DNA from: an uncultured Solirubrobacterales bacterium
GTDB lineage: Bacteria > Actinomycetota > Thermoleophilia > Solirubrobacterales > Solirubrobacteraceae
DNA length: 64,000 nt
NCBI GenBank assembly: GCA_963757125.1
Contig: CAVWQP010000001.1
Coordinates: 1,942 to 65,941 of the forward strand
Reading direction: 5' to 3'
Shown: positions 47,039 through 57,638 of the stretch, piece after piece
Layout of the letters: every line of letters starts with the position of its first letter
Position numbering within the stretch: the stretch's first letter is position 1
Notes under the pieces: generated by a model
What the model was told of the DNA's origin: nothing
What the model saw: only the letters and a program-made list of their open reading frames with translations
Database searches by the model: none
Made by a program: the position numbers and the translations under genes

Positions 47039-47539
47039 CTACCTGGCCTTCAGCAGGGAGGTCAGCCACGCCGGTGAGACCGGCGCGGCGGTGGCGGCGG
47101 CCGCCGTTGCAGGGGCGGCCGCAGTCGTGGCGAGCGGCGTCGCCGCCGGCGCCGACGTGGCGGCGGGCGCGAGAGGCGTCGCGGACGCCGCCGCGACGGT
47201 CACCGCGGCCTGCACGGGCTCCGGCTTGCGCTCACGCGCCGCGGCGGCCTGCTCCCACATCGCCTTCTGTGGCATGGGATGACCCCACGGCTCGGCCGCG
47301 AGCGCCTCGGCGAGCGCGGGGGCGACCGGATCCGGCGTGACGAACGAATGCCCGCTCGCCGGCGGCGGCGTGTACGCGTTCACGCCTGGGTCCGGGTGCG
47401 GGGCGAACGACGCAGCCGGCTCGCGCTCGCGCGCGAGACCTGCGTGTTCCTCCTGCGCCTGGCGCTGGGTTTGGATGGACTCGACCGGCCGCAGACGCGC
47501 GGGCGTGCTGGCTGCGACCGCGTCGATGCGTGCTTGCAT
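47039..47539 (-). CDS. Ala/Pro-rich hypothetical protein
   Basis: 166-aa ORF with strong GC3 bias, preceded by AAGGAG 13 nt upstream. The tail is low complexity. Confidence 0.5.
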   Translation of the reverse strand: MQARIDAVAASTPARLRPVESIQTQRQAQEEHAGLAREREPAASFAPHPDPGVNAYTPPPASGHSFVTPDPVAPALAEALAAEPWGHPMPQKAMWEQAAAARERKPEPVQAAVTVAAASATPLAPAATSAPAATPLATTAAAPATAAAATAAPVSPAWLTSLLKAR

Positions 47540-47692
47540 CGTCGCTCATCAGCTCCTTGCTTTGAGATGTGCCTTCCTTGGCCCCTGGACCGTTGTCCGA
47601 CCCAGGTTCAAGAAGTGTCGGCGCCTGCCGAATCAACCTGACAGCGAGTGCGGGGACCTGGACGTTCGGTCCCCAACCATGCGCGTGCAACC

Positions 47693-48640
47693 ATGTGGGG
47701 GATGACCTCCATCGATGTCACGCACTTCTCGGACCCGTGCTGCCCGTGGGCGTACTCCTCGTCCCCGTTCCTGGCAGTGCTGCGCTGGCGCTACGGCGCC
47801 CAGCTGAACTGGCGTCACGTGATGATCGGCCTGACGGAGAAGGCCGAGCAGTACGAGGCGCGCGGCTACACGCCGACGCGCCAGGCGCACGGCTTCTCGG
47901 ACTTCCGCAAGCGCGGGATGCCGTTCTCGACCGCGGTGAAGACCCGCGTGTCGGGGACGTCGCGCGCCTGCCGCGCCGTCGTCGCCACCCGGCTGACGGC
48001 GCCCGAGCTCGAGCTCACGGCGTTCCGGGCGATCCAGTTCGGCCAGTTCACGGGCGGCCTGCCCATGGACGAGGACGAGGCGATCCTCACCGCGCTGCGG
48101 TGGGCGGAGGGCCTCGACCCGCAGGAGATCGTCTCGATGATCGACGCTCCCGAGGTCGTCGAGGCCTACGAGGCCGACCGCGCCGAGTCGCGCACCGCCG
48201 AGGGCGGCCCGACGGAGGCGCAGGGCCGCTCGGCGAACTCCGACGGCAAGGTCCGCTTCACGGCGCCGTCGCTGATCTTCCGGCAGGGCGACCGGTCGCT
48301 CGAGGCGGGCGGCTTCCAGCAGTACGACGCCTACGACGTCTGCATCGCCAACATCGACCCGACGCTCGAGCGCCGCGATCCGGCGCAGCCGGGCGACGAC
48401 ATCGCCGAGCTCATCGCGTCCGAGCCCTGGGGGCTCACGACGCGCGAGGTGGCGCAGGTCATGGCGGGGCGCAACGACGCGCCGGACGACGTCGCGGCGG
48501 AGGACGCCCTCATCGACGCGCTCTCCGACGGTGGCGTGCGGCGCGACGACCTCGGCAACGGGGCGCTGTGGCGTCCGGCCGGCGGCGGCGCCGAGGGAGC
48601 GCTGGCGGGGCGGTCGGCGGCGACCGCCGGGGCGCGCTAA
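47693..48640 (+). CDS. DsbA-family thioredoxin-fold protein
   Basis: VTHFSDPCCPWAYSSSPFL is a CxxC-like motif at the N-terminus of helix 1, with a DsbA-like insertion. The start is 47693 or 47702. Confidence 0.75.
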   Translation: MWGMTSIDVTHFSDPCCPWAYSSSPFLAVLRWRYGAQLNWRHVMIGLTEKAEQYEARGYTPTRQAHGFSDFRKRGMPFSTAVKTRVSGTSRACRAVVATRLTAPELELTAFRAIQFGQFTGGLPMDEDEAILTALRWAEGLDPQEIVSMIDAPEVVEAYEADRAESRTAEGGPTEAQGRSANSDGKVRFTAPSLIFRQGDRSLEAGGFQQYDAYDVCIANIDPTLERRDPAQPGDDIAELIASEPWGLTTREVAQVMAGRNDAPDDVAAEDALIDALSDGGVRRDDLGNGALWRPAGGGAEGALAGRSAATAGAR

Positions 48641-48671
48641 GGAGGGGGCACGGTCGGGCAGACTCCGGGTC

Positions 48672-49166
48672 GTGGACCTCGAGCTCCGTCCGATCCGATC
48701 CGGCGACGGGTCCGTCCTGCACGGGCTCGTCGCCCATCCCGAGGTCTGGGAGTGGCTCACACCGGCGGGCTCGCGCGGGCCGGCGGCGCTCGCGCAGTGC
48801 GCGGCGTGGGCACGCCGCGACGCGGCGCACTGGGAGCTGCACGGCTTCGGGAAGTGGCTGGCGTTCGAGGACGGCACGCCCGTCGGCCGCGGCGGGCTGA
48901 ACGTCACGTTCCTCGACGGGCGCCCCGAGGTCGAGGTCGGCTGGGCGGTCGGGCGCGAGAACTGGGGCCGCGGGATCGCGACCGAGATCGCACGGGCGTC
49001 GCTCGACGAGGCGGGCCGGCTCGGCCTGCGGGGCGTCGTGGCGTTCTCGCGCCCGGAGAACCACGCCTCGCTGCGCGTGATCGAGAAGTCGGGGCTGGCA
49101 CGCGAGCGCGAGCTCGACCACGCCGGCCGGCCGCACATCCTGTTCCGCGCGGAGGCGCACGCGTGA
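48672..49166 (+). CDS. GNAT-family N-acetyltransferase
   Basis: LELRPIRSGD..., VEVGWAVGRENWGRGIATE, NHASLRVIEKSGL. Confidence 0.8.
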   Translation: MDLELRPIRSGDGSVLHGLVAHPEVWEWLTPAGSRGPAALAQCAAWARRDAAHWELHGFGKWLAFEDGTPVGRGGLNVTFLDGRPEVEVGWAVGRENWGRGIATEIARASLDEAGRLGLRGVVAFSRPENHASLRVIEKSGLARERELDHAGRPHILFRAEAHA

Positions 49167-49912
49167 CCTACGCCGAGTGGGCGCCCCCACCCTGGGTCGC
49201 GGGGTCCGCCGCCTGCATGTGGAGCACGCTGGCGACCGGCCGCGGCGGGGTCCTCCCCGACGCGTGCGTGGACCTCATCCACATCGAAGGGCGCGGGACG
49301 TTCGTCGCCGGGCCCGACACCCGCCCGGGGCCGCCGGCGACCGGTCCGGTCGCCGGCCTGCGCGTGCGCCCCGGTCACGCCGCGGCGGTGCTCGGCGTCC
49401 CCGCCGCCGAGCTGCGCGACAGCCGCGTCGCCATCGAGGACATCTGGGGACGCGAGGGCGCCGAGCTGTCGCGCCGCCTCGACGAGGCGCCGGACCGGCA
49501 TGCGCTGCTCGCGCAGACGGTCGCGCGCCGCGTCGCGGCGGCCGACCCGATCGCGCTCGGCGCGGTCGCCCTGCTCGCGCGCGATCCGGGACGCCGCGTC
49601 GCCGACCTCGCGGCCGAGCTCGCCGTGAGCGAGCGCCACCTCCTGCGGCGCGTCCGCGCGGCGGTGGGCTACGGCCCCAAGACGCTGACGCGCGTCCTGC
49701 GCTTCCAGCGGCTGCTGGCGCTCGCCGAGGTCGGCGCCGGCTCGCTCGCGGAGCTCGCGCTCGAGGCGGGCTACGCGGACCAGCCGCACATGACCGGCGA
49801 GGTGCGTCGGCTCGCGGGCGCACCGCCCACCGCCGTGCTCGGCATCGCGCGCGCACGCGGGGATGCGGCTCTCGTCCGTTCCCTCCAAGACGGGCGGTCG
49901 CTCGCGGCGTAG
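49163..49912 (+). CDS. AraC/XylS-family transcriptional regulator
   Basis: GTGA overlap with the GNAT stop. The C-terminal HTH pair reads VADLAAELAVSERHLLRRV ... LAELALEAGYADQPHMTGEVRRLAG. Confidence 0.8.
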   Translation: MTYAEWAPPPWVAGSAACMWSTLATGRGGVLPDACVDLIHIEGRGTFVAGPDTRPGPPATGPVAGLRVRPGHAAAVLGVPAAELRDSRVAIEDIWGREGAELSRRLDEAPDRHALLAQTVARRVAAADPIALGAVALLARDPGRRVADLAAELAVSERHLLRRVRAAVGYGPKTLTRVLRFQRLLALAEVGAGSLAELALEAGYADQPHMTGEVRRLAGAPPTAVLGIARARGDAALVRSLQDGRSLAA

Positions 49913-49923
49913 CGTCCGGGCGC

Positions 49924-50271
49924 ATGTTCCTCGGACTGCGCACCGTCATCTATCCCGCGCCGGACCTCGCCGCCTCCAAGGCGTGGTACACGGCGCTCCT
50001 CGGCGTCGAGCCGTACTTCGACGAGCCCTTCTATGTCGGCTTCGACGTCGGCGGCTACGAGCTGGGGCTGAACCCGGACAACGAGGTCGCCGAGACGTAC
50101 TGGGGCGTCACGGAGATCGAGGCCTCGCACGCGGGCCTGCTCGCTGCGGGCGCGGCCCCGCGATCGCCGGTGACCGAGGTGGGCGGCGGCATCCGCGTCG
50201 CGACCGTGGTCGAGCCTGGCGGCGCGGTGCTCGGCATCATCGAGAACCCCAACTTCCGCGGGGGCAGCTGA
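49924..50271 (+). CDS. VOC family protein
   Basis: MFLGLRTVIYPAPDLAASKAWYTALLG ... VVEPGGAVLGIIENP. Confidence 0.8.
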   Translation: MFLGLRTVIYPAPDLAASKAWYTALLGVEPYFDEPFYVGFDVGGYELGLNPDNEVAETYWGVTEIEASHAGLLAAGAAPRSPVTEVGGGIRVATVVEPGGAVLGIIENPNFRGGS

Positions 50272-50287
50272 CCCGTAGGATCGCCAC

Positions 50288-51655
50288 ATGCCCGCCCAGC
50301 AGACGAAGTTCCTCCTGTCCGAGGATGCGATCCCGACGCACTGGGTGAACATGAACCCGGACATCCCCGGCGCCCAGATCCCGCCGCTGAACCCGCAGAC
50401 GAAGGAGCCGGCGGGGCCGGCCGACCTCGGCGCGATCTTCCCGATGGAGCTCATCCTCCAGGAGGTCTCGCCCGAGCCGCTCATCGAGATCCCGGAGGCC
50501 GTCCGCGAGGCGTACAAGCTCTGGCGCCCGACGCCGCTGTACCGCGCCCGGCGCCTCGAGGAGGCGCTCGGGACGCCGGCGCGCATCTACTACAAGTACG
50601 AGGGCGTCTCGCCGGCGGGCTCGCACAAGCCGAACTCGGCCGTGCCGCAGGCGTACGCGAACAAGCAGGCCGGGATCGACAAGCTCGTGACCGAGACGGG
50701 CGCCGGCCAGTGGGGCTCCTCGCTCGCCTTCGCGTGCAGCCTGTTCGGGCTGGACCTCGAGGTCTTCATGGTCGGCTCCTCCTACGACCAGAAGCCCTAC
50801 CGCCGCTCGATGATGGAGACGTGGGGCGCGACGGTGCACCGCTCCCCGAGCGACCGGACGCAGAGCGGGCTCTCCAACTCGTCGCACCCCACCGGCTCGC
50901 TGGGCATCGCGATCTCCGAGGCGGTCGAGATCGCCGCGCAGTCCGCCGACACGAACTACGCGCTGGGCTCGGTGCTCAACCACGTGCTGCTGCACCAGAC
51001 GGTGATCGGGCAGGAGACGATCGCCCAGATGCAGCTGGCGGAGGACGAGCCGGACGTCATCATCGGATGCGTCGGCGGCGGCTCGAACTTCGGCGGCCTC
51101 GTCTTCCCCTGGCTGCGACGGGCGACCCAGCAGGGCTTCGCGACGCGCTTCCTCGCCGCCGAGCCCGCGGCCTGCCCGACCCTGACGAAGGGCGTCTACG
51201 CCTACGACTACGGCGACACGGCCGGGCTCACGCCGCTCATGCCGATGTACACGCTCGGCCACGACTTCGTCCCGCCGCCGGTCCACGCGGGCGGCCTGCG
51301 CTACCACGGCGACTCGCCGCTCGTGAGCCGCCTCGTGAAGGAGGGGCGCATCGAGGCCCGCGCCTACCGGCAGACGGACGCGTTCGCCGCGGCGATGACG
51401 TTCGCCCGGACCGAGGGCATCATCCCGGCGCCGGAGCCGACCCACGCGCTGCGTGCCGTCTTCGAGGAGGCGGAGGCCGCCAAGGAGGCCGGCGACGAGC
51501 GCGTGATCCTGTTCGGGCTGTGCGGCCACGGGCATTTCGACCTCGCCGCCTACGACGCGTACCTGCGCGGGGAGCTCGAGGATCCGGAGTTCGACGAGGC
51601 GGATGCCCGCCGGGCGATCGACGCGCTGCCCGACGGCGTCCCGCTGCTGGCATAG
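50288..51655 (+). CDS. TrpB-like PLP-dependent enzyme (TrpB2 class tryptophan synthase beta)
   Basis: 455 aa. [53 protein letters not shown]. No trpA is adjacent. Confidence 0.9.
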   Translation: MPAQQTKFLLSEDAIPTHWVNMNPDIPGAQIPPLNPQTKEPAGPADLGAIFPMELILQEVSPEPLIEIPEAVREAYKLWRPTPLYRARRLEEALGTPARIYYKYEGVSPAGSHKPNSAVPQAYANKQAGIDKLVTETGAGQWGSSLAFACSLFGLDLEVFMVGSSYDQKPYRRSMMETWGATVHRSPSDRTQSGLSNSSHPTGSLGIAISEAVEIAAQSADTNYALGSVLNHVLLHQTVIGQETIAQMQLAEDEPDVIIGCVGGGSNFGGLVFPWLRRATQQGFATRFLAAEPAACPTLTKGVYAYDYGDTAGLTPLMPMYTLGHDFVPPPVHAGGLRYHGDSPLVSRLVKEGRIEARAYRQTDAFAAAMTFARTEGIIPAPEPTHALRAVFEEAEAAKEAGDERVILFGLCGHGHFDLAAYDAYLRGELEDPEFDEADARRAIDALPDGVPLLA

Positions 51656-51664
51656 TCCGCGCGC

Positions 51665-52696
51665 ATGGGGCGCATCGGGGTGCTGACCGGCGGGGGCGAC
51701 TGCCCCGGCCTCAACGCGGTGATCCGCGGCGTCGTCCGCAAGGGCGTCAACGACCACGGGCACGCGATCATCGGCTTCCGCTACGGCTGGGCGGGCGTGC
51801 TCGCCGACGAGGCGGTCGAGCTGACGGTCGAGACGACGAGCGGGATCCTGCCGCGCGGCGGCACGATCCTCGGGACCTCGCGGACGAATCCCTACAAGGA
51901 GGTCGGCGGCCCCGAGAAGGCGAAGGCGACGCTCGAGGCGCGCGGCATCGACGTCCTCATCCCGATCGGCGGCGAGGACACGCTCGGCGTCGCGAGACGA
52001 CTTTCGGACGAGGGCATCCCGGTGGTCGGGGTCCCCAAGACGATCGACAACGACCTCGCGGCGACCGACTTCACGTTCGGCTTCCAGACCGCGGTGCAGA
52101 TCGCCACGGACGCGATCGACCGGCTGCACACGACGGCGGAGTCGCACAACCGCGTCATCGTCGTGGAGGTCATGGGGCGCGACGCGGGCTGGATCGCCGC
52201 CTACGCCGGCATGGCGGGCGGCGCCGACGTCATCCTCGTGCCCGAGCGGCCGTTCGACATCGAGGAGGTGTGCAACCACGTCCGCAGGCGCCACGCCCGG
52301 GGACGCACGTTCTCCATCGTCGTCGTGTCGGAGGGAGCGATCCCGACGGGCGGCCACGCCTACGGGCGCGGTGGGGCGACGGATGCGTTCGGCCACGAGC
52401 GCCTCGGCGGCATCGCCGTGCAGCTCGAGTCCGAGATCGAGAAGCGCACCGGGTTCGAGTGCCGCATGACGATCCTCGGCCACGTGCAGCGCGGCGGCTC
52501 GCCGCTCGCGTTCGATCGCGTCCTCGGCACGCGGTTCGGCGTGGCGGCGATCGATGCCGCGACCGCCGGCCACTACGGGAAGATGGTCGCGCTGAAGGGC
52601 ACGGAGATCGAGCTCGTGCCGCTCGAGGCCGCGCTCGACGAGCCCAAGCTGCTGGACCCGGCCTTCTTCGAGACGGCCGAGGTCTTCTTCGGCTAG
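51665..52696 (+). CDS. pfkA: 6-phosphofructokinase (ATP- or PPi-dependent, actinobacterial type)
   Basis: IGVLTGGGDCPGLNAVIRG, IGGEDTLG, VGVPKTIDNDL, VMGRDAGW, GHVQRGG. Confidence 0.9.
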   Translation: MGRIGVLTGGGDCPGLNAVIRGVVRKGVNDHGHAIIGFRYGWAGVLADEAVELTVETTSGILPRGGTILGTSRTNPYKEVGGPEKAKATLEARGIDVLIPIGGEDTLGVARRLSDEGIPVVGVPKTIDNDLAATDFTFGFQTAVQIATDAIDRLHTTAESHNRVIVVEVMGRDAGWIAAYAGMAGGADVILVPERPFDIEEVCNHVRRRHARGRTFSIVVVSEGAIPTGGHAYGRGGATDAFGHERLGGIAVQLESEIEKRTGFECRMTILGHVQRGGSPLAFDRVLGTRFGVAAIDAATAGHYGKMVALKGTEIELVPLEAALDEPKLLDPAFFETAEVFFG

Positions 52697-53817
52697 TGGC
52701 AGACCTGGTCGGTCGCCTCCCGGAGCAGTTCTTCACCGGGATCCTCCAGGCGGCCGCCGAGGCGCGCGCGCAGCCCGGCGAGCGGTTCATCGACCTCGGG
52801 CGGGGCAACCCGGACCTCCCGCCGCCGCCCGAGGCGATCGAGGCGGTGCGCGAGGCGATGCTGCACACCGCCGACCCGACGGTCCACGGCTACCCGCCGT
52901 TCCAGGGCATGCCGGAGCTGCGCGAGGCGATCGCCGACCGCTACCGCAGCGACTACGGGGTGACGCTCGATCCGGACACCGAGATCGCCGTCGTCCCCGG
53001 GACGAAGACCGGGATCATGCTCGTGACGCTGGCCTGCGCCGACAGCGGCGACGGCGTCCTGCTGCCCGACCCGGGCTACCCCGACTACCACTCGGCCGTC
53101 GCGCTCGCGGGGGCGCGGCACGTGGCGCTGCCGCTCGACGGCCCGGCCGGCTGGCAGCCGCGCTTCGACGGGCTGAGCGGGGCCCTGTGCGCGTTGAACT
53201 GGCCGTCGAACCCGTGCGCGGTCCTCGCCGCCGACGGCGTGATGGAGGAGGCGGTCGCGTGGGCGCACGCGACCGGGACCCGGCTCGTCCACGACATCGC
53301 GTACGGCTTCCTCGGCTTCGAGCGCCGGGTGCCGAGCATCCTGGAGGTGCCGGGGGCGCGCGAGGTCGCGACCGAGCTGTGGTCGCCGTCGAAGATCTAC
53401 GGGATGGCCGGGTGGCGGGTCGGGTTCCTGCTCGGCAACGCGGAGGTCGTCGGCCGGGTCCGGACGCTCGTCGACCACATGTTCGCGGGCGTCCCGGTGG
53501 CGATCCAGCGGGGGCTGCTGGCGGCGTTGACGGGCGACCAGACGCACGTCGCCGAGCGCCGCGAGCACTACCGGGCGCGCCGCGACGTCCTCGTCGACGC
53601 CCTCCCCGGGCTGCGCCGCCCGGAGGGGTCCTTCTACGCGTGGTGGGAGCTGCCGGACGGGCTGACCGCGGAGGAGATCATCCGGCGCGCGCGCGTGGGG
53701 GTCGCCCCCGGGATCGGCTTCGGGTCGCGCGGCGCCGGCCACGTCCGGCTCTCGCTGGCGGTGCCCGACGAGGACGTCGCCGAGGGCGCCGCGCGGCTCG
53801 GCGCGCTCGTCAGCTAG
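52696..53817 (+). CDS. Class I/II pyridoxal-phosphate-dependent aminotransferase
   Basis: GTG 52696 overlaps the pfk stop. LGRGNPDLPPP, YPPFQGMPELREAIA, SPSKIYGMAGWRVGF (PLP Lys). Confidence 0.9.
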   Translation: MADLVGRLPEQFFTGILQAAAEARAQPGERFIDLGRGNPDLPPPPEAIEAVREAMLHTADPTVHGYPPFQGMPELREAIADRYRSDYGVTLDPDTEIAVVPGTKTGIMLVTLACADSGDGVLLPDPGYPDYHSAVALAGARHVALPLDGPAGWQPRFDGLSGALCALNWPSNPCAVLAADGVMEEAVAWAHATGTRLVHDIAYGFLGFERRVPSILEVPGAREVATELWSPSKIYGMAGWRVGFLLGNAEVVGRVRTLVDHMFAGVPVAIQRGLLAALTGDQTHVAERREHYRARRDVLVDALPGLRRPEGSFYAWWELPDGLTAEEIIRRARVGVAPGIGFGSRGAGHVRLSLAVPDEDVAEGAARLGALVS

Positions 53818-54556
53818 CGATCAGCCACGACGCGAACGTCGTCGGGGCGAGCCGTGCGTCCGGCCCGGGCAGCATGACCTCGCCCGCCATCTCGACGCCG
53901 AACGGCCCGTTCTGCCAGCTCGGCACGATGCGGGCGGTGCTGTCGCCGCGGGCGGCGAGGATGCGGCGCGCCATGTCGACGAAGTCCTGCGGCTCGGGCC
54001 CGGCGAGATCCGGGGCACGTCCCTGCGGCGGGGCCGCCGCGACCTCGGCCAGCGCGTCGGCGACGTCCGCCGCGGCGACGGGCTGCAGCAGCAGAGGCGG
54101 CAGCGTGATCGTGTCGCCGTCGCGCATCCAGCCCATGACGAGCTCGGCGAACTCGAAGAACTGCGCGGCGCGGAGGATGGTGACCGGCACGGGGCCCGCC
54201 TCGGCGACCTCCTCCTGGCGCAGCTTGCCCGCGTAGTGGCCGTTGCCGGAGACGCGGTCGATCCCGATGATCGACAGCACGACGTGATGGCCGACGCCGG
54301 CGCGCTCCTCGGCCGCCAGCAGGTTCTTCGTGCTCGTGCCGAAGAACGCGCGCGTCGCGTCGGCCTCCAGCTCGTTCGTGTTCGACGCGTCGACGACCGC
54401 CTCGACCCCCTGCAGCGCCTCGTCCAGCCCGTCGCCCGTGATCGTGTTCGCGCCGGTCGAGCGCGAGATGACGACGGGGTCGTGCCCGGCGCGCTCGAGC
54501 GCGCGGACGGTCATGCCTCCCACGAGGCCCGTTCCTCCTGCGACTGCGATCCGCAT
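53810..54556 (-). CDS. NAD(P)H-binding NmrA-like / atypical SDR protein
   Basis: MRIAVAGGTGLVGGMTVRAL. This is only the last 248 codons of the 1276-aa ORF 53810..57640. The rest of that ORF is antisense to the next gene. Confidence 0.85.
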   Translation of the reverse strand: MRIAVAGGTGLVGGMTVRALERAGHDPVVISRSTGANTITGDGLDEALQGVEAVVDASNTNELEADATRAFFGTSTKNLLAAEERAGVGHHVVLSIIGIDRVSGNGHYAGKLRQEEVAEAGPVPVTILRAAQFFEFAELVMGWMRDGDTITLPPLLLQPVAAADVADALAEVAAAPPQGRAPDLAGPEPQDFVDMARRILAARGDSTARIVPSWQNGPFGVEMAGEVMLPGPDARLAPTTFASWLIAS

Positions 54557-54625
54557 ACGGCGAACGTACCCACGAGGCGACCTAGGTCCATTCCGATGCA
54601 TCCGTCGCAGTGGTCTGATGGCCCG

Positions 54626-57460
54626 ATGCGCCCTCTGCTCGTGGTCATCGTCGCCGTGCTCGCCTTCCTCGGCGTGAGCACTCCAGCCATCGCCGCCGGG
54701 CGGCTCGTCGTCTCGCCACGCAACGGTGCGACGGAGGACGGGACCGCACGGCTGCGCGTCACGGCCGGTGAACGCGCGACGCTCACCGCGCGACTGAACG
54801 GCAAGGACATCTCGAAGGACTTCGGGGAGACGCGACGCGGCACCCGGACGCTCGACGCCTCGATCAGCCACGGCCTGCGCCACGGGCGCAACGTGCTGCG
54901 CGTGACCGTGCAGCGCCCCACGGGGGCGACCCGGAGGAAGACCGTGCGCTTCACCGTGCCTGCGAGCGTGCCGCTGGTGGGCGCCGGGCGCGACGAGCGC
55001 GCGGTCGCCGGCAAGCCGATGGAGCTCGACGGTCGCGTGGCCGGGGCTCGCGGGCCGGTGCGTTGGAAGGTCGTCGACGGGCCGCGCGGCCGGCTGGCAT
55101 CGGCCGCGGGTCGCACCGCGGACTTCACGCCGACCGAGCCAGGGACGTACACGCTGCAGCTCACGGCGGGGGGCGTGTCCGACACGGTCGAGGTCGACGC
55201 CGGCTACGGGCCGCTCGTCCCGGTCGACACGCAGGCGGTCGACCCGACCACGAACGAGCCTGCGATCCGGGTCGGCGGCAACTACTACACGACGGTGAAC
55301 AAGACGGGCACCCAGGTCCTCGTGCTCGACCGCAAGACGCTGCAGCGCTACGAGGACAACACGTGGATGACGGTCGCCCAGATCAAGCAGGACCTCGGCG
55401 AGCTGAACGACTCCGTGCTCGTGATCGCCGTCCAGCGCACCGCGATGGACCTGACCGGAGCCTTCGCCGGCATCGGCGTCCCGGCCGCCGCGTCGGCGAC
55501 CGGCTCCGGCGTGACGTTCTCCGCGGTCGGCATCCCCGGGCTCGCCGCGGGGCAGGCGAACTGGATGAACGGCGCGTCGCGCGCGAGCGGCGACGCCGGG
55601 GTGCCCGGGCGGATGACCGGCTACCTGTCGCCGGACTCCTACGACAACTACGGCTACATCCCCGGGCTGGGGCAGACGGACTTCTCGTACGGCACCGCCT
55701 CGGGCTCGCCGTGCCGGAAGGGGGACCCCGGCGGCATCTGCGGCAACGCGAACAACGTCGGCTACCTCGTGACCGTGCGTGACCACTTCACCCTGGCCGA
55801 CGTCACCTACCTCAGCGGCGGGGCGTACCAGTTCTTCGGCACGAACGGACGGAACCTGTCCGCGGCCCAGCAGACGCAGCAGGCCGCCGGCATGCTGGCC
55901 ATGCTGCAGGCCGTCAGGGCGGGCGACGTCGTGACCATCCAGGGCATCAGCAACTCGCAGGCCGGCGAGGGGGGTCAGGACCGTGCGCTGGTCGGGACCA
56001 TCGACGCAGGCACCATGCACGCCCTGTCCCAGGCGGTCGTCGGCGTCGGCGGCACCCGCAACGGCTTCAACAGCGCCGCCGCGGACCAGGGGATCGACGA
56101 ACTCAGCCATGGCCAGTCCTACATGCTCGTCGGCTGGGCCGGCGCGCCCGAGGAGGGTGCAGGGGCGGAGGCGTCGGAAGGCGTCGCAGGCACCAAGGAC
56201 GCCGCGGCGCTGAGCGGCGCGCTGCGTCCGGACAGCTCGTCGCAGTACCGGCCCATGGCGGTGTCGCCCACCCCGGGGCTGTCCGCGTCGCTCGACACGA
56301 TCATCCTCGACGAGCCGAACCCGAGCGCCTGGCCGCTCAAGGGCGGAGCGCTGAAGGCGCTGTCGTGGCTCGGCGACACCGACCCGCGGCTCGGGCCCGA
56401 TCCGCGGAACGCCTACTGGACGCAGGACCTCGACCAGTCGGACACGAACTCGATCATCGAGGGGATGCGCGATCAGACGTATCCCGACGACCAGAGCTTC
56501 AGCAATGCGCAGTTCAGGACGGCGAAGGCCGAGCTGATCCAGGAGCTGCGCTGGGTCGGCAACACCCGCTCCTACCTCGACAAGCTGTCGCAGCCGTTCG
56601 CGTCGAACGCCCTCGGGGGCTGGGCCGAGGCCCAGGACATCGCGGACACGGTCTACCACGACGCCACGACCTCGACGAACCCCGTCGCGATGGAGTGGCT
56701 GCAGTTCACGCAGCTGCTGATCGGGTTCGCCGGGACGCCCGGACAGGTGATCAGCAGGGTCCTCCAGCTCGGCATGTGGGCCTACGGCGCATCGGCCGAC
56801 GGCGGGCCCGGCCCCGCGGAGATCAAGACGACGGCGGACAAGGTCGGCACCGCCTTCATCGTCCAGGCGGAGACCGCGGAGGCGACGTCGCAGAACATGG
56901 GCGACGTCATCGTGAGCGACTACGCGAAGCTCAAGGAGGTCGGCACCTACGGCGGCTGCAACACCGGCGCGACCGGGTGCCCACCCGGCCTGGCCTACAG
57001 CTCCGCCGACCGCAAGCAGGCGTCCGCCGACGTCTACCGGGGCATCGAGCTGCAGGCGTGGGTGAAGCTGCTGCCGCTCGGCTTCCCCACCTTCGACCTG
57101 GTGCCGCCGTACGAGTCGGGCGGCCAGCAGGCGGATCCCGCCTCGTACTTCTGCAACGCCGGCGGCCAGCAGCCGTTCAACGGGTACCCGGCCGCGGCGT
57201 ACACGTCGTTCTTCCAACAGTGGGACCCGAACGCGAACCCGTACCAGAAGAACGGTCTCTACGAGATGTACGCGCTCTCGAAGGACAGCGGCCTGAGTGC
57301 CACCCCGCCGCCGACGGAGATCCTCAACCGGCTGTTCGGCCCCTTGTCCCCCTCGGGTGACCCGCGCAACGGAGGACTCGGCATGACGCTCGCGGCCTAC
57401 GTGCGGATGACGTCGCCGATGCCGTGGTCGAGCACGAGGTGCACCTGGGGCCCGCTGTAG
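54626..57460 (+). CDS. Large (~944 aa) secreted protein of unknown function
   Basis: Signal peptide MRPLLVVIVAVLAFLGVSTPAIAAG and N-terminal Ig/PKD-like repeats (VRWKVVDGPRG...FTPTEPGTYTLQLTAGGVSDTVEV). I do not recognise the remaining ~700 aa. GC3 is strong throughout. The alternative start is 54596. Confidence 0.8.
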   Translation: MRPLLVVIVAVLAFLGVSTPAIAAGRLVVSPRNGATEDGTARLRVTAGERATLTARLNGKDISKDFGETRRGTRTLDASISHGLRHGRNVLRVTVQRPTGATRRKTVRFTVPASVPLVGAGRDERAVAGKPMELDGRVAGARGPVRWKVVDGPRGRLASAAGRTADFTPTEPGTYTLQLTAGGVSDTVEVDAGYGPLVPVDTQAVDPTTNEPAIRVGGNYYTTVNKTGTQVLVLDRKTLQRYEDNTWMTVAQIKQDLGELNDSVLVIAVQRTAMDLTGAFAGIGVPAAASATGSGVTFSAVGIPGLAAGQANWMNGASRASGDAGVPGRMTGYLSPDSYDNYGYIPGLGQTDFSYGTASGSPCRKGDPGGICGNANNVGYLVTVRDHFTLADVTYLSGGAYQFFGTNGRNLSAAQQTQQAAGMLAMLQAVRAGDVVTIQGISNSQAGEGGQDRALVGTIDAGTMHALSQAVVGVGGTRNGFNSAAADQGIDELSHGQSYMLVGWAGAPEEGAGAEASEGVAGTKDAAALSGALRPDSSSQYRPMAVSPTPGLSASLDTIILDEPNPSAWPLKGGALKALSWLGDTDPRLGPDPRNAYWTQDLDQSDTNSIIEGMRDQTYPDDQSFSNAQFRTAKAELIQELRWVGNTRSYLDKLSQPFASNALGGWAEAQDIADTVYHDATTSTNPVAMEWLQFTQLLIGFAGTPGQVISRVLQLGMWAYGASADGGPGPAEIKTTADKVGTAFIVQAETAEATSQNMGDVIVSDYAKLKEVGTYGGCNTGATGCPPGLAYSSADRKQASADVYRGIELQAWVKLLPLGFPTFDLVPPYESGGQQADPASYFCNAGGQQPFNGYPAAAYTSFFQQWDPNANPYQKNGLYEMYALSKDSGLSATPPPTEILNRLFGPLSPSGDPRNGGLGMTLAAYVRMTSPMPWSSTRCTWGPL

Positions 57461-57638
57461 GTCACCAGTCGATGGGCCGGCCGTCGCGGAAGAATCCGCC
57501 GGTGGCGAGGGCGACGGATTGCATCCACCCAGCGTCGCATGAGCGTCTACGTGCCAGCTCGGCCCAGGTGTGTCGGGTCGCGCCGGGTGAGCGCGTCGTC
57601 CCGGTGACACGATCCCGACGACCGAGGAGGTCACCACC

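Noticed and set aside
47652-47674. Hairpin ggggacc-N9-ggtcccc just upstream of the DsbA-like gene as a regulatory element
   Set aside because: It is a short 7-bp stem with no repeated occurrence or accompanying motif. Such hairpins are expected by chance in DNA this GC-rich.
57462-57638. Possible C-terminal remnant of an oxidoreductase on the minus strand (...GWMQSVALATGGFFRDGRPIDW-stop) in the intergenic gap before yciI
   Set aside because: It is only about 40 codons with a vague resemblance. The rest of ORF 57462..57977 is antisense to yciI, and I could not assign any family motif.
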